A DNA stretch of 64,000 nucleotides from an uncultured Clostridia bacterium (GCA_947589235.1 CANQAX010000002.1:9054-73053); one strand, 5' to 3'; counted from the first letter of the stretch, positions 42,307 to 51,549 are shown. Notes: generated from the letters alone by a model not told the origin. Numbers and translations: made by a program.

Positions 42307-43058
42307 ACAAGTTTCGGAAAGAGCCGCGCGGCGTTCGCCCTCACGGCTTCGATGATCTCATAGAGGGTGACGCCCTTGATCTCCGCCAGCCGTTCCGCGA
42401 TGACGGGAATGTTCGCGGGCGTGTTCTTCTCCCCGCGGAAGGGGGAAAGGTAGGGGCTGTCCGTCTCGGTGAAGATACGCTCCATGGGGCAGAGCTTCAC
42501 CGCCTCGACGGCGCGCCGCGCGTTCTTGAAACACACGACGCCGCCGAAGGAAAAGCAGGCGCCGAGCTCGGCGAAGTCGTCGAAATTTTCCGCGCCGTAC
42601 GAATAGCAGTGCATGAGCACCCCCTTCGTGCGCCCGTAGTGCTCGCGGAGAATGGCGAGCGTGTCGGCACAGGCGTCGCGGGAGTGGACCTCGACGGGGA
42701 GCCCGAGCTCCTCCGCGGCATTCAGCTGCGCCTCGAACGCCGCCCGCTGCGCCCGCTTGTCGGGGTCGGGATAGTGATAGTCGAGCCCGATCTCCCCCAC
42801 GGCGACGCATTTCTTGTCCGCCGCCCGCTCCTCGATCTCCTCCACGTCCCTCTGCCCGAAGGAGCGGAGTTCGGAGGGGTGCACGCCCACGGTGAAGAAC
42901 GCACCCTCGTGCGCCTCGCAAAAGGAAGCGTGCCATGCGGCGTGTTCCAAGGTGTCGGCGGCGAGGACGACGGTCCGCACGCCCGCAGCCTTGATCTTCT
43001 CCCATTCGGCGGGAAAATCGTACCCCTCCCCCGCAAAATGGGCGTGAATGTCGATCAT
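42303..43058 (-). CDS. tatD: TatD family metal-dependent hydrolase/DNase
   Basis: The protein begins MIDIHAHF and contains ...GEIGLDYHY...HSRDA.... An ATGA overlap joins it to the metG stop. Confidence 0.9.
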   Translation of the reverse strand: MIDIHAHFAGEGYDFPAEWEKIKAAGVRTVVLAADTLEHAAWHASFCEAHEGAFFTVGVHPSELRSFGQRDVEEIEERAADKKCVAVGEIGLDYHYPDPDKRAQRAAFEAQLNAAEELGLPVEVHSRDACADTLAILREHYGRTKGVLMHCYSYGAENFDDFAELGACFSFGGVVCFKNARRAVEAVKLCPMERIFTETDSPYLSPFRGEKNTPANIPVIAERLAEIKGVTLYEIIEAVRANAARLFPKLV

Positions 43059-45037
43059 CGGACGGTCGCCCCGCTGTCCACCGCGCGCTCGGGCGAGACG
43101 AGGGAGAGCCTCCCCTCCCCGTCCTCGGCGCAGAGGATCATGCCCTCCGAAAGCACGCCGCAGAGCTTGACGGGCTTCAAGTTGGTCACGACGACGACCT
43201 TCTTCCCCACCATCTCCTCGGGCGTGTAGAACTTCGCGATGCCCGAGACGACCGAGCGGGTCTCGCTCCCGATTTTCACCGTCTCGTGCAGGAGCTTTTC
43301 GCTCTTTTTGACCCTTTCGCAGGCGACGACTTCGCCCACCTTCAGCTCGAGCTTCGTGAAATCGTCAAAGGAAATTTCGGGCTTTGCCGCGGGCTTTTCC
43401 GCCTCGGGTGCGGACATGGTAGCGGGTTTTTCCGCCTCGGGCGCGGACATGGTGGCGGGTTTTTTCGCCGCGACGAGCTTTTCGAGCTCCGCGAGCTCCT
43501 TCTTGAGGTCGATGCGCGGGAAGAGCGGCGGCGTCTTTACAAACGGCGTCCCCGCCTTCAGACCGCCGAACGCGAGGCTGTCGAACCCGTCGGCTTCTCT
43601 CCCCATTCCCGCGAGGACGGCACCCGCCGCGCGCGGAAGGAAGGGCTTCAATAGAACTGCGCAGATACGGCAGGTCTCGGCGAGGTTGTAGAGGACCGCG
43701 GCGAGGCGTTCCCGCTTCTCGGGGTCGCGCGCGAGCAGCCACGGGGTCGTCTCGTCGATGTACTTATTCGCCCGCGCGACGACCGCGAAGATGTCCGCGA
43801 GCGCATCGGGCGCGTTGAGGGCGTCCATATCCGCCTCGACCTTTCCGAACGCCGCACCGCAGAGGGCGATGAGTTCCCCGTCGGGACCCTCCTCTCTCCC
43901 GCGCGGGGGGACGGTCCCCCCGAAGTTCTGCCCGATCATCGCCTGCGTGCGCGAGACGAGATTGCCGAGGTCGTTCGCGAGGTCGGCATTGATCCTGCCG
44001 ATGAACTTTTCGTTGGTGTATTCGCCGTCCGAGCCGAAGGGGATCTCGCGGAGAAGATAGTACCGCACCGCGTCGGAGCCGTATCGCTTTACGAGCTCGT
44101 ACGGGTCGGTGAGCTCGGGGCGGGCATTCTGCTTGGATTTCGAGAGCTTGTCGCCGCCGATGAGCAGCCACCCGTGCCCGTAAATGCGTTCGGGAAGGGG
44201 CAGCCCCAGCGCCATCAGAATGGCGGGCCAGATGATGGCATGGAAGCGCACGATCTCCTTCCCGACCATGTGCAAATCGGCGCTCCAATAGCGGCGGAAG
44301 AGGGTGTCGTCCTCCGAGCCGTACCCGAGCGCGGTGATGTAGTTGCAGAGGGCATCGATCCACACGTATGCGGTGTGCCTCTCGTCGAAGGGGAGCGGAA
44401 CCCCCCACTTCACCGTCGTGCGGGAGACGGAGAGGTCGTTGAGCCCCGCCTTCAGGAAGTTGTTCACCATCTCGTTCACGCGGGACTTCGGCTGCAGGAA
44501 CTCGGGGTGTTTCTCGTAGTGTTCGAGGAGCGCGGGCGCATACTTCGACAGGCGGAAGAAGTAGCTTTCTTCCTTTTGCAGAGTGACTTCCCTGCCGCAG
44601 TCGGGACACTTGCCGTCCTTCAGCTGGCTCTCCGTCCAGAACGATTCGCACGGGGTGCAATAGTAGCCCGTGTATTCCGACTTGTAGATGTCGCCACTCT
44701 CATACAATTTTTGATAGATCGCCTGCACGCTCTTGATATGGTCGGCGTCCGTCGTGCGGATGAAGCGGCTGTATTCCACGTCGAGGAGCCGCCACATGTC
44801 CTTGAGCTCGGAGACGAGCGGGTCGATGAACTGCATGGGCGTGATGTTCCGCTTCTGCGCTTCCCGCTCGACCTTCTGCCCGTGTTCATCCGTCCCCGTG
44901 AGGAAAAAGACGTCCTCGCCCTTCATTCTGTGAAAGCGGGCGAGCGCGTCGCAGATGACCGTCGTGTAGCAATGCCCGATGTGCCAGTTGCCGCTCGGGT
45001 AATAGATGGGGGTCGTGATATAATACTTCTTTGCCAT
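43055..45037 (-). CDS. metG: Methionine--tRNA ligase with a C-terminal tRNA-binding domain
   Basis: ORF trimmed to the ATG at 45037. The protein reads MAKKYYITTPIYYPSGNWHIGHCYTT (HIGH motif) ... KLSKSK (KMSKS-type motif) ... ending in a Trbp111-like domain. Confidence 0.95.
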   Translation of the reverse strand: MAKKYYITTPIYYPSGNWHIGHCYTTVICDALARFHRMKGEDVFFLTGTDEHGQKVEREAQKRNITPMQFIDPLVSELKDMWRLLDVEYSRFIRTTDADHIKSVQAIYQKLYESGDIYKSEYTGYYCTPCESFWTESQLKDGKCPDCGREVTLQKEESYFFRLSKYAPALLEHYEKHPEFLQPKSRVNEMVNNFLKAGLNDLSVSRTTVKWGVPLPFDERHTAYVWIDALCNYITALGYGSEDDTLFRRYWSADLHMVGKEIVRFHAIIWPAILMALGLPLPERIYGHGWLLIGGDKLSKSKQNARPELTDPYELVKRYGSDAVRYYLLREIPFGSDGEYTNEKFIGRINADLANDLGNLVSRTQAMIGQNFGGTVPPRGREEGPDGELIALCGAAFGKVEADMDALNAPDALADIFAVVARANKYIDETTPWLLARDPEKRERLAAVLYNLAETCRICAVLLKPFLPRAAGAVLAGMGREADGFDSLAFGGLKAGTPFVKTPPLFPRIDLKKELAELEKLVAAKKPATMSAPEAEKPATMSAPEAEKPAAKPEISFDDFTKLELKVGEVVACERVKKSEKLLHETVKIGSETRSVVSGIAKFYTPEEMVGKKVVVVTNLKPVKLCGVLSEGMILCAEDGEGRLSLVSPERAVDSGATVR

Positions 45038-45058
45038 GGTGTACCTCTCGTTTCCCCT

Positions 45059-45086
45059 ATTATAGCGCACTTTCCCGCAAAAGTAA
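45059..45086 (-). promoter_or_regulatory. Probable metG promoter
   Basis: Minus strand: TTACTT (45086-45081), 16 nt, TATAAT (45064-45059), about 22 nt before the ATG. Confidence 0.45.
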
Positions 45087-45159
45087 AATTATTTCGGGGA
45101 ACTGCTCCCGCAAATGTGAAGCGCTTCCCCCGCAAAATAAAATAATTTCGGGAAAACAC

Positions 45160-45188
45160 TTGCAAAAATTCCCCTCGGGTGATAGAAT
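45160..45188 (+). promoter_or_regulatory. Promoter driving the structured leader of the LRR surface-protein gene
   Basis: TTGCAA (45160-45165), 17 nt, TAGAAT (45183-45188). Confidence 0.6.
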
Positions 45189-45194
45189 GAGAAC

Positions 45195-45282
45195 TGCGAC
45201 ACAATAAAATACTAACCATATAAAAGATACATTGGCGTCGGTGTATCCTTATTACCTTATATGGTTAGTTGATTGTGTCGCA
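45195..45282 (+). ncRNA. About 88-nt extended nested hairpin in the 5' leader (unclassified cis-regulatory RNA candidate)
   Basis: TGCGACACAAT (45195-45205) pairs with ATTGTGTCGCA (45272-45282). ACTAACCATATAA pairs with TTATATGGTTAGT. GATACA pairs with TGTATC at the tip. Confidence 0.45.
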
Positions 45283-45304
45283 ACAATTCGGGGATACTCG
45301 AAGC

Positions 45305-45336
45305 GGGCGCCTCGAATTGAGGCGTCCTTATTTTTT
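45305..45336 (+). terminator. Leader intrinsic terminator (attenuator) 8 nt upstream of the RBS
   Basis: GGGCGCCTC-gaatt-GAGGCGTCC followed by TTATTTTTT. The RBS AAAGGAGGAA lies at 45344-45353. Confidence 0.65.
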
Positions 45337-45358
45337 GCCCGCGAAAGGAGGAACAGCT

Positions 45359-48214
45359 ATGAAAAAGAAACTTTTACTTGTCCTGCTGACGCTTGTCGCC
45401 TCGCTGTGTCTCTGCTTCGGGCTCGCCGCATGCGGAGGATTCAAGACAGAGGGCACATATTATCTCTTTGAAGACGAAGAATACGATAAAAGCACATATT
45501 TCATTCTCAAAAAGGGAAAATGGACGGACGAAAACGGCGCATCGGGTGAATATGAAATCGACGGAGATACGATCACTTTCTATTCCAACTTGTTCGGACA
45601 GAGAATGGAACTCACGAGCGGGACGATCAAGGACGGCGTTCTCACGATGGGCGGCGTGTTCGGCGACGCAATCTATGCACAGGAGGGTGCGGCACACGTG
45701 CACGAATACGGCGATTGGGTCACGCAGACTCCCTCGACGTGCACGGAATACGGCACGGAAGTCCTCATCTGTAAGACATGCGGAAAATATCAAAGCCGTC
45801 CGCTTCCTCTTGCTCCGCACCCCTACGGCAAATGGGAGATTACCATTTCCCCGACTTGTACCGAAGTGGGAGAAGAAAAGCATACCTGCACCGTCTGTTC
45901 CCATGAAGAAACCAGAGTAGCGAATCCGCTCGGGCATGAATTTACTGTGGAGAACAGGTGCATTCGCCATGAAAACTGCGGTACGGAATGGGAGTACACC
46001 GAAGGTCTCGAATACGACCTTGATACAGAAACAGACACCTACAAGGTGAAGGGGATCGGCACGGCAAGCGGCGACATTGCGATTCCCTACGGCTATAAAG
46101 GGAAATTCGTGACCTCGATTGGAGATTGGGCGTTCAATAGTTGTGGCGTAATTACAAGTGTTGAAATTCCCGACAGCATCACCTCGATTGGGAATTATGC
46201 GTTCGCTTATTGTGTCAGACTTACGAGCGTAACGATTGGAAACGGCGTGACCTCGATTGGATATCAGGCGTTCTATGATTGCGACGGACTTACGAGCATT
46301 ACCATTCCCGACAGCGTGACTTCGATTAAACGCGAGGTGTTCCGTGATTGCAGCGCGCTTGAAAGCGTCACGATTGGAAACGGCGTGACCTCGATTGGAA
46401 ATAGTGCGTTCTCGGGTTGCAGCGGGCTTACAAGCATTTTGATCCCCGACAGTGTGACCTCGATTGGAAGTAGTGCGTTCTCTGGTTGCAGCAGGCTTGA
46501 AAGCATTACGGTTGCGACGGGAAATCTGAATTACAGCAGTCAAGACGGAATTTTGTATAACAAGGCAAAGACGGAAATTGTGCACGTCCCGAAAGCAATC
46601 AAGGGCAGTATCGCCATTCCCGACGGTGTGACCTCGATTGGAAGTTCTGCGTTCTCTGGTCGCGATGGACTAACGAGCGTTACCATTCCCGATAGTGTGA
46701 CCTCCATTGGAAGTCGTGCGTTCCGTGATTGCAGCGCGCTTGAAAGCGTGACGATTGGAAACGGCGTGACCTCGATGGGAGATGATGCGTTCGAGGGTTG
46801 CAACGGACTTACGAAAATTCGTATTGCAGACCTTGCGGCATGGTGCAGGATCAATTTCGGGAACGAGGATGCCAATCCTCTCCGTTGTGCACATCATCTG
46901 TACTTGGACGAAAATGAAATAAGGAACCTTGTCATTCCAAACGAAGTTACGGAAATCAAGAGATGTGCATTCTCTGGTTGCGACGGACTTACAAGTGTTA
47001 CGATCCCCGACAGCGTGACCTCGATTGGAGAGTATGCGTTCCGGGGCTGCACCAAACTTACGAGTGTTTCCATTCCCAACAGCGTGACCTCGATTGGAAG
47101 ATTTGCGTTCCGGGGCTGCACCAAACTTACGAGTGTTTCCATTCCCAACAGCGTGACCTCGATTGGAGATTATGCTTTCTCTGGTTGCAGTGGACTGACG
47201 AGCATTGAAATTCCCAGCAGTGTGACCTCGATTGGAGATTATGCGTTCCGTAATTGCAGCGAGCTTACGAGTATTACAATTCCCGACAGTGTAACATCGA
47301 TTGGAGAGCGCATGTTCGAGGGTTGCAGTAGGCTTACGAGCGTAATAATTGGAAACGGCGTGACCTCGATTGGAGATTATGCTTTCTCTGGTTGCAGTGG
47401 ACTGACGAGCGTGACGATTGGAAGCGGCGTGACCTCGATTGGAAGTAGTGCGTTCAGTGGTCGTAGCGGACTTGAAAGCATTACGGTTGCAATGGGAAAT
47501 CCGAATTATAGCAGTCAAGGCGGAATTTTGTATAACAAAGCAAAAACGGAAATTGTGTACGTCCCGAAAGCAATCAAGGGCAGTATCGCCATTCCCGACG
47601 GTGTGACCTCGATTGGAAGTTCTGCGTTCTCTGGTCGCGATGGACTAACGAGCGTTACCATTCCCGATAGTGTGACCTCCATTGGAAGTCGTGCGTTCCG
47701 TGATTGCAGCGCGCTTGAAAGCGTGACGATTGGAAACGGCGTGACCTCGATGGGAGATTGGGCGTTCAAGGACTGCACTGGGCTTGAAAGCGTCATTTGG
47801 AATGCGGAAAATTGTACAACGGCAGGGAGTTACAGCTATCCGATTTTTAAGGGTTGCACAAATTTTAGGACAGTGACATTTGGTGAGACTGTCAAAACAA
47901 TTCCCGCTTATGCGTTCAAGGGTTGCACCGAGCTTACGAACATTGCAATTCCCGATAGTGTGACATCAATTGGAAGTGAGGCGTTCAGTGATTGCACCGG
48001 ACTTACAAGTATTACAATCCCCGACAGCGTCACTTCTATTGTATATGCGGCATTCTCGGGTTGCAGCGGACTTACCGACATTCAATTCGAGGGCACAGTA
48101 GCAAAATGGAATGCGATTGAGAAAGGAGTGGCTTGGGACGGTGGCACAGGCAATTACACTGTTACTTGTACGGACGGAACGATAAAATGGGACGGGACTG
48201 TGACGTATTTTTAA
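45359..48214 (+). CDS. BspA-like leucine-rich-repeat (LRR_5-type) surface lipoprotein
   Basis: ORF 45269..48214 trimmed to the ATG at 45359. The protein begins MKKKLLLVLLTLVASLCLCFGLAAC (lipobox). A Cys-rich segment (TCTEYG...CKTCG...) follows. After that come more than 25 units of ...LTSVTIPDSVTSIG..AF.GC..... Confidence 0.9.
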   Translation: MKKKLLLVLLTLVASLCLCFGLAACGGFKTEGTYYLFEDEEYDKSTYFILKKGKWTDENGASGEYEIDGDTITFYSNLFGQRMELTSGTIKDGVLTMGGVFGDAIYAQEGAAHVHEYGDWVTQTPSTCTEYGTEVLICKTCGKYQSRPLPLAPHPYGKWEITISPTCTEVGEEKHTCTVCSHEETRVANPLGHEFTVENRCIRHENCGTEWEYTEGLEYDLDTETDTYKVKGIGTASGDIAIPYGYKGKFVTSIGDWAFNSCGVITSVEIPDSITSIGNYAFAYCVRLTSVTIGNGVTSIGYQAFYDCDGLTSITIPDSVTSIKREVFRDCSALESVTIGNGVTSIGNSAFSGCSGLTSILIPDSVTSIGSSAFSGCSRLESITVATGNLNYSSQDGILYNKAKTEIVHVPKAIKGSIAIPDGVTSIGSSAFSGRDGLTSVTIPDSVTSIGSRAFRDCSALESVTIGNGVTSMGDDAFEGCNGLTKIRIADLAAWCRINFGNEDANPLRCAHHLYLDENEIRNLVIPNEVTEIKRCAFSGCDGLTSVTIPDSVTSIGEYAFRGCTKLTSVSIPNSVTSIGRFAFRGCTKLTSVSIPNSVTSIGDYAFSGCSGLTSIEIPSSVTSIGDYAFRNCSELTSITIPDSVTSIGERMFEGCSRLTSVIIGNGVTSIGDYAFSGCSGLTSVTIGSGVTSIGSSAFSGRSGLESITVAMGNPNYSSQGGILYNKAKTEIVYVPKAIKGSIAIPDGVTSIGSSAFSGRDGLTSVTIPDSVTSIGSRAFRDCSALESVTIGNGVTSMGDWAFKDCTGLESVIWNAENCTTAGSYSYPIFKGCTNFRTVTFGETVKTIPAYAFKGCTELTNIAIPDSVTSIGSEAFSDCTGLTSITIPDSVTSIVYAAFSGCSGLTDIQFEGTVAKWNAIEKGVAWDGGTGNYTVTCTDGTIKWDGTVTYF
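46496..46783 (+). repeat. Intragenic 288-bp duplication, copy 1
   Basis: It is near-identical to 47471-47758, with the last ~190 bp identical by eye. The offset is 975 bp (in frame). Confidence 0.85.
47471..47758 (+). repeat. Intragenic 288-bp duplication, copy 2
   Basis: See 46496-46783. Confidence 0.85.
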
Positions 48215-48240
48215 GTAAAGCGGGATTGGTGTGCTATGCT

Positions 48241-48270
48241 CTCCGTGTCGCGCCATAGCGCGACACGGAG
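48241..48270 (+). terminator. Perfect 13-bp stem-loop just after the LRR gene
   Basis: CTCCGTGTCGCGC-cata-GCGCGACACGGAG, with no U-tract. Confidence 0.4.
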
Positions 48271-48534
48271 AATGAGGCTATGAAGGACCCCCCATCCTCT
48301 CCCCTCTCTGCAAACAGAGAGGGGAGAGGATGGGGGGTGATTTTTTGCCGCCGTGTTATATCCAACCCCCTCCCCCACCCCTCCCCCTTACAAAGGGAGA
48401 GGGTAAAAAGAGGCGAGGCGTCATTTGTATGCCCACCCCCGCCCTTGCGGGCACCCCCCCCCACGGGAGGGGGCTCCGTGCGCCGCTCTACCCTCCGCAG
48501 AAAGAGGGTAGGGGAGTGGATTAATGAAACGGCA

Positions 48535-48682
48535 TACAATAGTGTCATGTCGAGCGTAGTCGAGACATCTCAACCTTATTATCAAAGTTGATTCCTGCGT
48601 TATTCAGCATAGATTTCTCGACTTCGCTCCGTAGCGCATTCGCCAATTGCTCATGCGCTACTCCGCTCCGCTCGAAATGACA
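48535..48682 (-). repeat. Copy 5 of the structured dispersed element
   Basis: The reverse complement reads GTCATTTCGAGCGGAGCGGAGTAGCGCATGAGCAATTGGCGAATGCGCTACGGAGCGAAGTCGAGAAATCT... Confidence 0.85.
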
Positions 48683-48799
48683 GAACCCCGCAATTCGCTC
48701 GCATTATACCTTGCCCACCCCCTTCCCCCTCCGCGGGAGGGGGCAGATGATTGGGCAATATCAATCATATTCGGGCGGGGGTGGGGCATACGATTGGGT

Positions 48800-49360
48800 A
48801 TGAACTTCGTCTTTGCGCTCGTATTTTTGCTGTCGGGCGCGATGTTCCTCGTCCGCGACCCCGAGGGCTTTTTGCCCGCTCTCCTCTCGGGGGGAGAAAA
48901 GGCAGCCGCGCTCTCCCTCGCCCTACTCGCCTCGTACTGCGTCTGGCTCGGGTTCTTTCGGGTACTCGAGGAGACGGGGCTTGCGGGGAAGCTCTCCCGC
49001 GCCCTCTTCCCCGCGGCGAAGCGTCTGTTCCGCTCGGACGACAGGGAAGCCCTCACCCTCGCGTGCGAAAATCTCTCGGCGAACTTCTTGGGGCTCCCGG
49101 GGGCGCCGACGCCGCTCGGCAAGCGGGCGGTCGAAAAGTTCTGTGCGGCGAAGAACGGCTATGCCGCCGACGTCCTCTTCGTGCTCAACGCCACGAGCGT
49201 GCAATTGCTCCCCACCACCGTCATCGCGCTCCGCGCCGCGGCGGGCTCCTCGTCCCCCGCGGATATTCTCCTTCCCACCCTTCTTTCGACCCTCATTTCC
49301 ACCCTCTTGGGGCTCCTTTTCCTGCGCCTTCTCTCGCCGAAGAGGGGAAAATTCGCGTGA
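48800..49360 (+). CDS. spmA: Spore maturation protein A (nucleoside-recognition/Gate domain)
   Basis: ORF 48647..49360 trimmed to the ATG at 48800, because the upstream part is repeat-derived. The protein contains MNFVFALVFLLSGAMFL...GLPGAPTPLG.... Confidence 0.75.
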   Translation: MNFVFALVFLLSGAMFLVRDPEGFLPALLSGGEKAAALSLALLASYCVWLGFFRVLEETGLAGKLSRALFPAAKRLFRSDDREALTLACENLSANFLGLPGAPTPLGKRAVEKFCAAKNGYAADVLFVLNATSVQLLPTTVIALRAAAGSSSPADILLPTLLSTLISTLLGLLFLRLLSPKRGKFA

Positions 49361-49869
49361 AGTACGCCGCGCTCGTCATTCCCGTCCTCTTCCTCGCCCT
49401 CTTCGTGTATGCCGCCGTGCGGAGGGTGAAGCTGTACGACTGCTTCACGGACGGCGTGAAGGGAGCGATCCCCCTCGTCCTCTCCCTCTTCCCCTATCTT
49501 GCCGCCGTGCTCATGCTCTCGGAGCTGTTCGAGGGGAGCGGGCTCTCCGCCCTTCTCACCGAGGCGATCTCCCCCGCCCTCCGCGCCGTCGGGGTCCCGC
49601 CCGAGATCGCGAAGCTCCTCCTCGTGAAGCCCTTCTCGGGGAGCGGTTCGACGGCGCTCCTCTCCGAGATCTTCTCCGTCCACGGAGCGGACAGCTACAT
49701 CGGGCGGTGCGCCGCCGTGTGCTACGGCTCGAGCGAGACGGTATTCTACATCTCCGCCGTGTACTTTGCGGGCATACGGCGCAAGACGCCCGCAAAGGCA
49801 ATCGCCGTATCCCTGCTCGCAAACCTGCTCGGCGCGGTGTTCGGGTGCCTTTTTTGCCGTTTTTTGTAA
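49357..49869 (+). CDS. spmB: Spore maturation protein B
   Basis: The GTG at 49357 overlaps the spmA stop (GTGA) after AGAGGGGA. The protein contains VKYAALVIPVLFLALF...KPFSGSGSTALLSEIF.... Confidence 0.75.
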   Translation: MKYAALVIPVLFLALFVYAAVRRVKLYDCFTDGVKGAIPLVLSLFPYLAAVLMLSELFEGSGLSALLTEAISPALRAVGVPPEIAKLLLVKPFSGSGSTALLSEIFSVHGADSYIGRCAAVCYGSSETVFYISAVYFAGIRRKTPAKAIAVSLLANLLGAVFGCLFCRFL

Positions 49870-49983
49870 AAATAACAAAAGTGTGAATTTATAACATCCG
49901 CATTCGGGCGAACTTTTTGATTGTCACAGGGAAATGAACGGAAAGCGAGAAAAAAATTTTTTCGGAAAATCCGCCCTCATTTG

Positions 49984-50012
49984 TTGCATTTGTGCGGGGA
50001 AAACTCTATAAT
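49984..50012 (+). promoter_or_regulatory. Orphan consensus promoter in the spmB / O-antigen-ligase intergenic region
   Basis: TTGCAT (49984-49989), 17 nt, TATAAT (50007-50012). Confidence 0.5.
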
Positions 50013-50018
50013 GATGGC

Positions 50019-50115
50019 ATAAAAAAGATGCGGCAAGCCGCACCGGAAAACAGCTCATAATTTTCCCCCTTATCATATAGTAAACCCCCTCGGAGCGCAA
50101 GTTTCGGGGGGGTTT
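50019..50115 (+). ncRNA. Candidate ~95-nt small RNA (promoter to terminator, no ORF)
   Basis: It runs from the predicted TSS to the hairpin at 50085-50112. An internal hairpin TGCGGC-aa-GCCGCA is present, and no coding potential is visible. Confidence 0.3.
50082..50115. terminator. Bidirectional terminator
   Basis: AAACCCCCTCGG-agcgcaagtt-TCGGGGGGGTTT. It abuts the stop codon of the minus-strand gene at 50114. Confidence 0.7.
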
Positions 50116-51541
50116 ACTTGTTCCGCTTTTTTGTCTTCCATCGAGCGGGCGGGGCGGGGTCGGAGCGTTCCGCCGCGGCGAGAATGGCGCCGTACATGAG
50201 CCCCGGTCCGATGGAGAAGAAGTGGACGTCCACAAAGCTCGTGAGGATCATCGCGAGGATGACGAGCGCCGCGAAGACCTTCTCCGCATTCGGGCGGCGG
50301 AAGAGGACGATGCACGTCTCCGCGCGGTGCAGAAGGTACATGAGGAGCGCGAACACGCCGCCCGTCGAGAGAAGCTGGACGTAGGTGTTGTGCGCAAAGC
50401 TCGGGAAGGCGAAGCCCTCGGAGATGAGTTCCCCCCTCGTCCCGTAAAATCCCGCGCCGAAGAGGGGCCATTCGCGGAAGGTCGCAATGCACGTCTTCCA
50501 GATCTCAAAGCGACCGTTGCTGTCCAGCCCGACCGAAAAGACGGACTCGAACAGCACGTCGACATAGTCGCGGAGGACGTAGAACATGCCCGAGAAGAAG
50601 AACAGCGCGAGCGCGAACACGACGAGGTTCTTCATGCGGGCGAGCCCCTTCTTCCCGAATACCGAGACGAGCATGCACGCGATGAACACGACAAAGCCGA
50701 ACATGATGGAGCCGCGGCTCTGCGTGAAGAGCAGCCCGAGCGCGAAGAGGCATTCCAAGATGACGAATGCCCAGCCGTGGCGGGAACGGACGGAAAAATA
50801 GCACGCGGCGGGAATGCACATGCACACCACGCACCCGAGATTGTTGTACGTCGCCCAGCCCGTGAAGAGCGCATAGCGGTTCACCGTGCCGTTCACGAAC
50901 ACGTCGGGTTGGGTGTACATGTCCGCGATCTGCCCGAGGAGCGCGACGCCGATGACGAGGAACACGGCAGGCACGTACCACCGCTTTGCCCTCTCCCAAT
51001 CCACCGCATAGAAGAAGTAGAAATACATCACGCACAGCGAGAAGATCTCAAGCAAGCCGAACAGAATGGCGCCCGAGGTATAGAACGGGCTGAACGCCCC
51101 GCCGAGCACGTAGGCGATACCGAGCGCGGCGAAGCCGAATAAAAGGCGGGGAAAACCCCTCTTCTTCGAGAAAATGCAAAAGACGGCGAGCCTTCCGACG
51201 AGCAAGATCACCGCCGCGGCGGCGAGGAAGGCGACCTGCGTGAAGAATGCGGGGTCGAAAAAAGCGGTCTGTTCGGGGAAGTGTTCGGGATTGTTCTCGG
51301 GCGAGACCGTCATGTAGCAGCACAGAATGACGGGAAGCACCCCGAGCGCATCATCCGCAAACAGCAGGCAGACCGCGGCAAACACGAAATAGAGATAGTA
51401 GACGGGCAGCTCCCACGAGAACAGCTCGGCGGCGAGCATGAGCGCCGCTACGATGCAGAGGTAGGGAACGGAACGAAAAAAAGCGTCCACGGTGCGGACG
51501 AAACGCGAGTTCCCGAGTTGTGGAAAGACTGCCGACAACAT
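50114..51541 (-). CDS. O-antigen ligase/polymerase (Wzy_C) family membrane protein
   Basis: A polytopic protein of 475 aa. Motifs include ...LFTQSRGSIMFG..., ...NGRFEIWKTCIATFREWPLFGAGF... and ...FAHNTYVQLLSTGGVFAL.... Confidence 0.8.
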   Translation of the reverse strand: MLSAVFPQLGNSRFVRTVDAFFRSVPYLCIVAALMLAAELFSWELPVYYLYFVFAAVCLLFADDALGVLPVILCCYMTVSPENNPEHFPEQTAFFDPAFFTQVAFLAAAAVILLVGRLAVFCIFSKKRGFPRLLFGFAALGIAYVLGGAFSPFYTSGAILFGLLEIFSLCVMYFYFFYAVDWERAKRWYVPAVFLVIGVALLGQIADMYTQPDVFVNGTVNRYALFTGWATYNNLGCVVCMCIPAACYFSVRSRHGWAFVILECLFALGLLFTQSRGSIMFGFVVFIACMLVSVFGKKGLARMKNLVVFALALFFFSGMFYVLRDYVDVLFESVFSVGLDSNGRFEIWKTCIATFREWPLFGAGFYGTRGELISEGFAFPSFAHNTYVQLLSTGGVFALLMYLLHRAETCIVLFRRPNAEKVFAALVILAMILTSFVDVHFFSIGPGLMYGAILAAAERSDPAPPARWKTKKRNK

Positions 51542-51549
51542 ACACCGAG

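Noticed and set aside
45038-45160. T-box or other riboswitch leader upstream of metG
   Set aside because: The best promoter (-10 at 45059-45064) leaves only a ~20-nt leader. No specifier-loop or T-box sequence and no terminator/antiterminator pair are visible.
45160-45290. Invertible (phase-variable) promoter for the LRR surface protein
   Set aside because: The inverted repeats flank a promoter-less 66-bp segment downstream of the promoter. Inversion would not change promoter orientation, and no recombinase gene is nearby.
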